Positions 8,399 to 15,695 of a DNA stretch of 32,000 nt are shown piece by piece. Every line of letters begins with the position of its first letter. The stretch's first letter is position 1. The notes beneath the pieces are model-generated. The model was not told where the DNA came from. It did no database searches and worked only from the letters and a program-made list of their open reading frames with translations. The stretch is from Patescibacteria group bacterium (GTDB lineage Bacteria > Patescibacteriota > Patescibacteriia > UBA2591 > UBA6264). The stretch covers positions 60,001 through 92,000 of the forward strand of contig JAQTOB010000002.1 in assembly GCA_028713575.1 (NCBI GenBank), written 5' to 3'. Position numbers and translations under genes: made by a program.

Positions 8399-9466
8399 AT
8401 GTCTTTATCTATCGGCATTGTCGGTTTGCCTAATGTCGGCAAATCCACTTTGTTTCAGACCATTACTAAAAAACAAGTTGATGTTGCCAATTATCCCTTT
8501 TGCACTATTGACCCTAATATTGGCGTGGTGACAGTACCGGACAAAAGAGTTGACCAATTAGTAGAACTTGAAAAATCAGCCAAAAAAATTTATACCACTA
8601 TTGAATTTGTTGATATTGCTGGTTTAATTAAGGGGGCGAGTCAAGGAGAAGGACTGGGCAATCAATTTTTGGCCAACATCCGTGAAACTGACGCCTTGGT
8701 TTATGTTTTGCGTTTTTTTAATAACGAAAATATCGTCAACACACAAAAAGAAATAAATCCATTAAAAGAAAAAGAAATCTTAGATTTAGAACTTATTCTG
8801 AAAGACTTGGAAACCATTAACAAAAGATGGGAAAAATTAAAGAAAGAGGCGAGGTCCGGTGACAAAAAGATTGTTAAAGAATTAGAAATTATTACTAAAG
8901 CGAAAAAAATTTTAGAACAAGAAAAAACTTTATTTAGCCAGGTTTGGGAAAACGAAGAAATAAATTTTTTAAAGACCTGCCAGTTTTTAACTTTTAAACC
9001 TTGTCTTTATTTATTGAACGGAGAAGAAAAAGGGGGAAATGATAATTTTATCCAAGAATTTAAAAAAAATAATTGGCCATTTTTAATCATTGATATTTTA
9101 TCCGAATTGGAAGCCATAGATTTTTCTTTAGAAGAAAGAGAATCTTTTGGTTTATCTAGGGATTCGGAATTAGACATTTTAATAAAAAAAACTTATCAAA
9201 TGCTTGATTTAATAACTTTTTTTACTACTGGCGCGGACGAAACCCGGGCTTGGACCTTGAAAAAAGGGGGAAAAGCGCCACAAGCCGGCGGAGTTATTCA
9301 TACTGATTTTGAAAATTATTTTATTAAAGCCGAGGTTATTAATTGGCAAACATTAATCAACGCCGGTGGTTTTAGTCAGGCTAAAATTAAGGGATTATTA
9401 AGAACCGAAGGAAAAGAATATGTAGTTCAAGATGGCGATGTAATTGAAATAAAATCAAACGTTTAA
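8399..9466 (+). CDS. ychF: ribosome-binding / redox-regulated ATPase YchF
   Basis: G1 motif GIVGLPNVGKSTLF, DIAGLIKGAS, and a C-terminal TGS-like region (AWTLKKGGKAPQAGGVIHTDFENYFIKAEV...EGKEYVVQDGDVIE). Confidence 0.93.
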   Translation: MSLSIGIVGLPNVGKSTLFQTITKKQVDVANYPFCTIDPNIGVVTVPDKRVDQLVELEKSAKKIYTTIEFVDIAGLIKGASQGEGLGNQFLANIRETDALVYVLRFFNNENIVNTQKEINPLKEKEILDLELILKDLETINKRWEKLKKEARSGDKKIVKELEIITKAKKILEQEKTLFSQVWENEEINFLKTCQFLTFKPCLYLLNGEEKGGNDNFIQEFKKNNWPFLIIDILSELEAIDFSLEERESFGLSRDSELDILIKKTYQMLDLITFFTTGADETRAWTLKKGGKAPQAGGVIHTDFENYFIKAEVINWQTLINAGGFSQAKIKGLLRTEGKEYVVQDGDVIEIKSNV

Positions 9467-9526
9467 AAAATTTATTTTATTATTACGAAAAAAACGAAAA
9501 AAATTATTATTATTTGCCTCATTGTT

Positions 9527-10372
9527 TTGACCTTATTGTTTCTTTTTGTTTTTTTAAGAAGCAATGAAGATGCTTGGATTTGCGAAAATGGAATTTGGGT
9601 TAAACACGGCAATCCTTCAGTCAAAAAACCAAATAAGCCATGCGGTGTCATTGAGGAAAAAATAAAAATTGAGCAACCCCAAATAAATGAAATTATTGCC
9701 AGTCCTTTGGAAATAAAGGGAAAAGCTAGAGGATTTTGGTTTTTTGAGGCCTCTTTTCCCATTGAACTAAGGGATGAGAACAAAAATCTAATCGCGCAAA
9801 GTTTAGGAGAGGCTCAGACCGATTGGATGACTGATAATTTTGTTCCTTTTGAATCAACAATGGAATTTTCCGTGCCAGAAACAGAAAAAGGCGTTTTAAT
9901 TTTTAAAAAAGACAATCCTTCAGGTTTACTTGAAAACGATGAACAATTAGAAATTCCCGTGATTTTTAGCAAACCAATAACAGAAATGATAAAAATAAAA
10001 GTATATTTTAATAACAGCAATCTTGACCCAGAAATATCTTGTAATAGGGTTTTCCCCACGGAAAGAGAAGTGGTCAAAACATCAACCTTGGCCAGAGCGA
10101 CTCTAAATGAATTATTAAAGGGCGTTTCCGAAGAAGAAAAAATTCAAGGGTTTTTTACCAGCATCAACTCAGATGTGATAATTCAAAAATTGACTATTGA
10201 AGACGGCGTGGCTAAAGTAGATTTTAATGAACAAATGGAATATCAAGTGGGCGGTTCATGCCGGGTTTCAGCCATTCGGGCGCAAATTACCGAGACCTTA
10301 AAACAATTTCCCAGCGTTAAAGAAGTGATTATTTCCGTAAATGGCCGAATTGAAGATATTTTGCAGCCCTAA
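9527..10372 (+). CDS. secreted/anchored protein with a Gmad2 Ig-like domain and a GerMN domain; true start probably upstream (see findings)
   Basis: ASPLEIKGKARGFWFFEASFPIELRDENKNLIAQS matches the Gmad2 pattern. The C-terminal half (ATLNELLKG...GFFTSI...VKVDFN...QITETLKQFPSVKEVIISVNG) matches GerMN. The frame is open back to 9467 and encodes a KKTKK plus hydrophobic signal anchor. Confidence 0.7.
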   Translation: MTLLFLFVFLRSNEDAWICENGIWVKHGNPSVKKPNKPCGVIEEKIKIEQPQINEIIASPLEIKGKARGFWFFEASFPIELRDENKNLIAQSLGEAQTDWMTDNFVPFESTMEFSVPETEKGVLIFKKDNPSGLLENDEQLEIPVIFSKPITEMIKIKVYFNNSNLDPEISCNRVFPTEREVVKTSTLARATLNELLKGVSEEEKIQGFFTSINSDVIIQKLTIEDGVAKVDFNEQMEYQVGGSCRVSAIRAQITETLKQFPSVKEVIISVNGRIEDILQP

Positions 10373-10411
10373 AATTCTGAATTTGATAAAATAATATGAT
10401 ATTTTTTTATT

Positions 10412-11638
10412 ATGACCGCATTAAACAACAGCCCATTGGCCGATCGGATAAGACCCCTGTCTTTTAATGATTTTTTGGGCCAAGAAGAAATTATCGGACC
10501 AAAAACTCTTTTAAGAAGAGCGATTGAAATTGACCAATTGCCGTCTATGATTTTTTGGGGACCGCCGGGTAGCGGTAAAACTACTCTGGCTTTTATTATT
10601 GCTCAACAAACTAAGTCTGATTTTCATCAATTAAGCGCGGTTAACACCGGCTTAAAACAATTAAGAGAAATTATTAAAACAGCGGAAAATAATAAAAAGA
10701 ACGACAAAAAAACAATTCTTTTTATTGATGAAATTCATCGTTGGAATAAGGCGCAACAAGACGCGCTTTTGCCTTACGTAGAAAAAGGAGTGATTATTTT
10801 AATCGGCGCGACCACGGAAAATCCAAGTTTTGAAATAATCGGCGCTCTTTTATCTCGTTGCCGAGTTTTTGTTTTAAAACAATTAAACCAGGAACAGTTG
10901 GTTAAGATTATAAAATCGGCATTAAAAGATAAAAAAAAAGGATTAGGGATGTTTAAAATAAAAATGGACGAAAAAACAATAAATCTTTTGTCCCAAATGA
11001 GCAATGGCGACGCGCGGACCGCTTTGAATGTTTTAGAATATGCGGTTTTTTCTCAAAATACTTTAGAAAAAAAGATAATTGAAATTAATTTGGAAACAAT
11101 TAAACAAGCTTTTCAAAAATCATATCTTTTTTATGACAAAAACGGAGAAGAACATTATAATATCATTTCCGCTTTACATAAATCAATGAGGGGGTCGGAT
11201 GCCAACGCCAGTCTTTATTGGCTGGCGCGAATGATTGAAGCCGGCGAGGACCCTTTATATATCGCCCGACGTTTAATTCGTTTTGCTTCAGAAGACATTG
11301 GGCTATCTAATTCCAAGGCCCTGGAGCAGGCTGTAGCCGCTTATCAGGCCTGTCATTTTATCGGCCTGCCAGAATGTAATATAATTTTGGCCCAGACCGT
11401 GGTTTATATGGCTAAGTGTAAAAAATCAAATGATTTATATGTTGCTTACGAAAAGGCGGCAAATGACGTAAAAACTTACGGCAATTTGCCCGTGCCCTTG
11501 CATATCCGCAACGCCCCGACAAAATTAATGAAAAAATTAGGTTATGGTAAGGGGTATAAATACAGTCCGGATTATGATTATGAAGAAAAACAAGAATATC
11601 TGCCGGATAAATTAAAAAACAGAAAATATTTAAAATGA
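10412..11638 (+). CDS. rarA: replication-associated recombination protein A (AAA+ ATPase)
   Basis: LADRIRP...FLGQEEIIG, Walker A WGPPGSGKTTLA, Walker B ILFIDEIHRWNKAQQD, and a C-terminal MgsA domain (HYNIISALHKSMRGSDANASLYWLARMIEAGEDPLYIARRLIRFASEDIG). Confidence 0.95.
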   Translation: MTALNNSPLADRIRPLSFNDFLGQEEIIGPKTLLRRAIEIDQLPSMIFWGPPGSGKTTLAFIIAQQTKSDFHQLSAVNTGLKQLREIIKTAENNKKNDKKTILFIDEIHRWNKAQQDALLPYVEKGVIILIGATTENPSFEIIGALLSRCRVFVLKQLNQEQLVKIIKSALKDKKKGLGMFKIKMDEKTINLLSQMSNGDARTALNVLEYAVFSQNTLEKKIIEINLETIKQAFQKSYLFYDKNGEEHYNIISALHKSMRGSDANASLYWLARMIEAGEDPLYIARRLIRFASEDIGLSNSKALEQAVAAYQACHFIGLPECNIILAQTVVYMAKCKKSNDLYVAYEKAANDVKTYGNLPVPLHIRNAPTKLMKKLGYGKGYKYSPDYDYEEKQEYLPDKLKNRKYLK

Positions 11639-12345
11639 TATTACCAGAATCAATTAAATTAAAAAAAGAATTGAAAAGAGTGGCTAATCCAAAGCGGGCA
11701 AAAACATCCCAACGATTTTTTAAAACAGGGAGAGGAGAGTATGGAGAAGGGGATGTATTTCTGGGAATCAATACTCCTCAACAAAGGAAAATAGCCGCGA
11801 AATATAATAATCTTAGTTTAACAGAAATAAAAAAACTTTTAAAAGAAAAAATTCATGAATGCCGTTTTATCGCTTTAGTCATTTTGATTAAAAAATATCA
11901 AAAGGTTGAACAAAAAGAAAAAAAACAAATTTTTGAATTTTATTTAAATAATTCTAAAAAAATAAATAATTGGGACTTAGTTGATATTTCTGCGCCAAAA
12001 ATTATCGGCGATTATCTTTTAGATAAAAAAAACAAAAAAATTCTTTATCAGTTAGCCAAATCAAATAATCTTTGGCAAAAAAGAATCGCTATTTTGGCCA
12101 CATTTTCTTTTATTAAAAATAATGAATTTGAACATACTTTTAAAATCAGTAAACTTTTATTTAATGACCAACATGATTTAATTCATAAAGCAATTGGTTG
12201 GATGTTAAGAGAAGTGGGGAATAAAAATCAAAAACAAGAAGAATTATTTTTAAAAAAATATTCAAAACAAATGCCGCGAACGGCCTTGCGATACGCAATT
12301 GAAAAATTTGACGAAAAAAAAAGAAAAGAATATTTAGAACCGTAA
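11635..12345 (+). CDS. DNA alkylation repair protein (AlkC/AlkD-like HEAT-repeat family)
   Basis: N-terminus LKKELKRVANPKRAKTSQRFFKTGRGEYGEGDVFLGINTPQQRKIA and WMLREVGNK are typical of the family. Start overlaps the rarA stop (ATGA). Confidence 0.85.
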   Translation: MILPESIKLKKELKRVANPKRAKTSQRFFKTGRGEYGEGDVFLGINTPQQRKIAAKYNNLSLTEIKKLLKEKIHECRFIALVILIKKYQKVEQKEKKQIFEFYLNNSKKINNWDLVDISAPKIIGDYLLDKKNKKILYQLAKSNNLWQKRIAILATFSFIKNNEFEHTFKISKLLFNDQHDLIHKAIGWMLREVGNKNQKQEELFLKKYSKQMPRTALRYAIEKFDEKKRKEYLEP

Positions 12346-12407
12346 TCTTTAATCTTTGAAAAATTGTATTCTTAGATTTTTTATTTTGACTTTTTTATAA
12401 ATTTTAC

Positions 12408-12436
12408 TTGCATAAAAATTATTTATGCAGTATAAT
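12408..12436 (+). promoter_or_regulatory. near-consensus sigma-70 promoter
   Basis: TTGCAT (12408-12413), 17-nt spacer, TATAAT (12431-12436). Located 25 nt upstream of the sORF ATG. Confidence 0.6.
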
Positions 12437-12461
12437 ATCAATGATTATATAAATAAAAATT

Positions 12462-12566
12462 ATGAATAGAAAAAAATCCAGAAAAATCGCTAAAATTTTA
12501 AAACAAAGAGGCGTCAAAAAGCTGTCCAAGGCGCAAAAAACAAAACTTAAAAATCAATTTAAATAA
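12462..12566 (+). CDS. unannotated 34-aa highly basic small protein (MNRKKSRKIAKILKQRGVKKLSKAQKTKLKNQFK)
   Basis: ATG to TAA ORF below the ORF-track size cutoff, placed directly behind a near-consensus promoter in an otherwise empty 255-nt gap. Confidence 0.4.
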   Translation: MNRKKSRKIAKILKQRGVKKLSKAQKTKLKNQFK

Positions 12567-12600
12567 AGTCGTATTAATTAATATACATTATTTAAAGTTT

Positions 12601-12834
12601 ATGAAAAAAATCAGAATTTTCGGCTTAGTTTTAATTCTTGGTTTAATTTTGGTTTTAAACGCCGCCTGCGTTCAAAAATCAGAGACAGAAGTAAATCAAG
12701 AAGAATTAATGCCCGAAGGCGAATCAATGGAAACTGAATATGAATTAATGCCCGAAGGCGAATCAATGGAAACTGAATCTTTGACAGAACCTTCAATGGA
12801 AATGAACTTAGAATCAGAAGAAGTTTCCGAATAA
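12601..12834 (+). CDS. small secreted (possibly lipo-) protein, acidic and Met/Glu-rich with a tandem repeat
   Basis: Signal peptide MKKIRIFGLVLILGLILVLNAAC, then an acidic mature part with the motif ELMPEGESMETE appearing twice as the conserved 12-aa core of a 13-aa tandem repeat. Confidence 0.6.
   Translation: MKKIRIFGLVLILGLILVLNAACVQKSETEVNQEELMPEGESMETEYELMPEGESMETESLTEPSMEMNLESEEVSE
12703..12778 (+). repeat. in-frame 39-nt tandem duplication (two 37-nt identical cores)
   Basis: gaattaatgcccgaaggcgaatcaatggaaactgaat occurs at 12703-12739 and again at 12742-12778. Confidence 0.9.
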
Positions 12835-12852
12835 TTCATATCCTTATTATTC

Positions 12853-12892
12853 AAAATAATCCCATTAGAATTTTTTTAATGGGATTATTTTT
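12853..12892 (+). terminator. intrinsic terminator
   Basis: Perfect 14-bp stem AAAATAATCCCATT / AATGGGATTATTTT (12853-12866 / 12878-12891) with an 11-nt loop. The T-run is embedded in and follows the 3' arm. Confidence 0.6.
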
Positions 12893-12925
12893 AAAATAAA
12901 TCATCTTTTATTTTAATTGTTTTTA

Positions 12926-12934
12926 TGATATAAT
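12926..12934 (+). promoter_or_regulatory. extended -10 promoter element (TGaTATAAT) 7 nt upstream of the kinase ATG
   Basis: TG at 12926-12927 and TATAAT at 12929-12934. ATG at 12942. No Shine-Dalgarno at a usable distance. Confidence 0.45.
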
Positions 12935-12941
12935 AAAGGAC

Positions 12942-15278
12942 ATGAAAAAAATAAGAATTAATTTAACGACTAAATTTATTATTCTATTTTTAACCGTTTC
13001 TTTGGCTCCTTTATTGATTGCCATTTATGTTAGTTATGACAGTTCAAGAAAGGTTTTGGAAGAAAAAACCGCTTATTATTTTTACGGGATTATTGATAAC
13101 AAAATAAATCAAATAGAATCATATTTTTTAAATCGAAAAAATGAAATTGCCAATCTGATTAAAATTCCGACTATTATTGAAGCAGTAGAAAAATTTAATG
13201 AAGTTAAAAAAAAGAACGGAATAAATTCTTCAGCTTATAAAAAAATTGACGACGAAATAAGACCGATTTTAACCTATTTTAAAGAATCATTAGATTACCA
13301 TGACTTGATATTAATCTCAATTGACGGGCAATTACTTTTTTCAATTGAACAACAAATAAATGACCTTTTTTTAAAAAACGAAGAATTAAAAATTCTTTTT
13401 AATAAATCAAAGGCATTGCTGACAACAGAAATGTCTTCTTTTAAATATGACGAAACAAAGCAAAAACTTTATGCTTTTATTATTACGCCAATAATTCAGG
13501 AAAGCAATTTAATCGGTTTTGGAATTTTTAAAATAGATCATGAGGGCATTTATAATATTATTCAGGATTATGCCGGCTTGGGTATCAGTGGCGAAATAAT
13601 CTTAGCCTTTAATCATAATAATAATGCTGTTTTTATCGCCCCTTTAAGACAAGAGCCTGGAGCTCCTTTTACAAAACAAATTGCTTTTAATTCTGATAAG
13701 CAAATTGACATTCAAAAGGCCTTGCAGGGATTGAGGGGCTGGGATATTACCGTTGATTATAAATCAGAAAAAACTTTAGCCGCTTGGAGCTATTTACCGG
13801 CTTTTCATTGGGGAATGACCGCAAAAATGGATTTATCGGAAATTTTAGAAATGGCAGAAGATTTAAAAAATAGACTTTTAATCATTGCTTTAATTCTTTT
13901 AATAATGACAATTTTGATTACAATTTTAATGGTTTTTTCCGTTTCCAAGCCAATTAAAAAACTTACTTCTGTCGTTGCAGATATTTCTCAGGGAAATTTA
14001 TCGGCTCGCGTTTTTATAAATTCCAATGATGAAATTGAAGATTTAGCCGTATCATTTAACCAAATGACTGATAATTTATTAAAAACGCAAAATGATTTAA
14101 AAAATAAAAGCAATCAATTAACCATTAATTTAAAAAATTTAAACGAGGAAAAAGAAAAAGTTGTTCAAGCAAAAGAAAAATTAGACACCATTCTTTACGG
14201 CATTGGTGAAGGGGTGTTTGTTCTTAATAAAGAAAAAAAAATAAACATTTTTAATCGCGAAGCGCAAAATATTTCTGGTTTTACGTCTGAAAAAATAACC
14301 GGAAGAAAATATAATCAATATTTAAAATTTGTAATTGAAGATAAAAATAAAAATGTTATTGATAGTGATTTTATTCAAAAAATTTTAAATCCTGAGAAAA
14401 TCATAAATTTTCCAAATGGATCTTTTCTAATCAACAAAAACGGCAAAAAAATACCAATTCAGGGAAGCATTGCTCCGCTTAAAAATAACTTCAATGAATT
14501 AATCGCTTATGTAATTGTTTTTCGGGATATAACCAAAGAAAAAGAAATAGACCAGGCAAAAACAGAATTTGTTTCTTTAGCTTCTCATCAATTAAGAACG
14601 CCCTTGTCTGCCATTAATTGGTATTCGGAAATGCTTTTAGACGAAGAGATAGGAAAAATAAATGAAAATCAAAAAAAATATTTAAAATCTCTTTCTGAAG
14701 CGAGTAAACGTATGGTGGAATTGGTTAATTCTTTATTAAATGTTTCCCGTATTGAGTTAGGAACCTTTGTTATTAATCCAGAACCGACTAATTTTTTAGA
14801 AATTGCCGACAGTGTCATTAAAGAGCAAGGTCAGCAAATTAAAGAGAAAAAATTAAGACTTGAAAAAAAATATGATTTAAATTTGCCAATTGTCAACGCA
14901 GACCCAAAGCTTTTAAGAATGATTTTTCAGAATTTAATTTCCAATTCCGTCAAATATACGCCGGAAGGAGGAAATATTGACATTATTGTTAAAAAACAAG
15001 AGAAAAATATTTTGATTAATGTTATTGATTCGGGATATGGAATCCCCAAAAACCAACAAGGGAAAATTTTTACTAAATTATTTCGCGCGGATAATGTTTT
15101 AGAAAAAGATACCGATGGCAATGGTCTCGGCTTGTATATTGCCAAATCCGTGACAGAACAATCGGGTGGAAGGATTTGGTTTGAATCAGAAGAAAATAAA
15201 GGCACATCCTTTTTTGTCACCATTCCTTTTGAGGGTATGCGGAAAAAGAGAGGTAATAAAATTTTAATTAATAATTAA
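12942..15278 (+). CDS. sensor histidine kinase (TM, Cache-like extracytoplasmic domain, TM, HAMP, coiled coil, PAS, HisKA, HATPase_c)
   Basis: Two TM helices flank a domain of about 290 aa. HAMP (PIKKLTSVVADISQGNLSARV...DEIEDLAVSFNQM), PAS (LDTILYGIGEGVFVLNKEKKINIFNREAQNISGF), H-box FVSLASHQLRTPLSAI, N/G boxes (NLISNSVKYTPEGG, DSGYGI, GNGLGLYIAK). Confidence 0.93.
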   Translation: MKKIRINLTTKFIILFLTVSLAPLLIAIYVSYDSSRKVLEEKTAYYFYGIIDNKINQIESYFLNRKNEIANLIKIPTIIEAVEKFNEVKKKNGINSSAYKKIDDEIRPILTYFKESLDYHDLILISIDGQLLFSIEQQINDLFLKNEELKILFNKSKALLTTEMSSFKYDETKQKLYAFIITPIIQESNLIGFGIFKIDHEGIYNIIQDYAGLGISGEIILAFNHNNNAVFIAPLRQEPGAPFTKQIAFNSDKQIDIQKALQGLRGWDITVDYKSEKTLAAWSYLPAFHWGMTAKMDLSEILEMAEDLKNRLLIIALILLIMTILITILMVFSVSKPIKKLTSVVADISQGNLSARVFINSNDEIEDLAVSFNQMTDNLLKTQNDLKNKSNQLTINLKNLNEEKEKVVQAKEKLDTILYGIGEGVFVLNKEKKINIFNREAQNISGFTSEKITGRKYNQYLKFVIEDKNKNVIDSDFIQKILNPEKIINFPNGSFLINKNGKKIPIQGSIAPLKNNFNELIAYVIVFRDITKEKEIDQAKTEFVSLASHQLRTPLSAINWYSEMLLDEEIGKINENQKKYLKSLSEASKRMVELVNSLLNVSRIELGTFVINPEPTNFLEIADSVIKEQGQQIKEKKLRLEKKYDLNLPIVNADPKLLRMIFQNLISNSVKYTPEGGNIDIIVKKQEKNILINVIDSGYGIPKNQQGKIFTKLFRADNVLEKDTDGNGLGLYIAKSVTEQSGGRIWFESEENKGTSFFVTIPFEGMRKKRGNKILINN

Positions 15279-15289
15279 AATATATTCGT

Positions 15290-15676
15290 ATGACTACCTT
15301 AGCAAGAAAAAAAATTCTTATTGTAGAGGATGAAATTTCCTTGCGTCAGGCTTTATTTGATAAATTTACAAGGGAAAATTTTCAGGCCTTAGAGGCAAAA
15401 AACGGAGAAGAAGGATTAGAGGTCGCCCTTAAAGAACGTCCGGATATAATCCTTTTAGACATTATAATGCCCAAGGTTGACGGTTTAACCATGCTAAAAA
15501 GTTTACGCCGAGATGAATGGGGAAAAGATGTTCCAGTCATTATTTTGACTAATCTTAATGATGCAGAAAATGTTTTCCACGCCGTAGAAAATAATGTTTA
15601 TGATTTTTTAGTAAAAAGCGATTGGCGATTAAATGAATTGGTGGAACGAGTTAAAAATAAATTGCAGATTTCTTAA
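15290..15676 (+). CDS. single-domain (CheY-like) response regulator, receiver only
   Basis: KILIVEDE, phospho-acceptor context DIILLDIIMPKVDG, VIILTNL, FLVKS. 128 aa with no output domain. Confidence 0.92.
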   Translation: MTTLARKKILIVEDEISLRQALFDKFTRENFQALEAKNGEEGLEVALKERPDIILLDIIMPKVDGLTMLKSLRRDEWGKDVPVIILTNLNDAENVFHAVENNVYDFLVKSDWRLNELVERVKNKLQIS

Positions 15677-15695
15677 ACAATTTTTATTTTTAAAT

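Noticed and set aside
9472-9783. 103-aa minus-strand ORF overlapping the start of the Gmad2/GerMN gene.
   Set aside because: It overlaps a domain-bearing plus-strand gene, and its hydrophobic translation mirrors the plus-strand signal peptide. It has no start context or independent support.
11412-11771. 119-aa minus-strand ORF spanning the rarA / AlkD-like junction.
   Set aside because: It is antisense to two confidently identified, translationally overlapping genes and has no recognisable motif.
12703-12778. Possible CRISPR or other non-coding repeat array, suggested by the tandem repeats at 12703-12778, 16890-16936 and 2605-2634.
   Set aside because: There are only two copies each, they are directly adjacent with no spacers, and they are in frame within ORFs. 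No cas genes are present. These are coding tandem duplications.
15633-15695. N-terminal extensions given by the ORF track for the PilM-like gene (15633), the pilin (17146), ftsQ (21996) and the adaptor (3138).
   Set aside because: The extensions overlap the preceding genes or use TTG. Internal ATGs (15696, 17200, 22068, 3153) give native-looking N-termini (MKLKS..., MSDKYRK..., MIKKILK...) and normal gene spacing.
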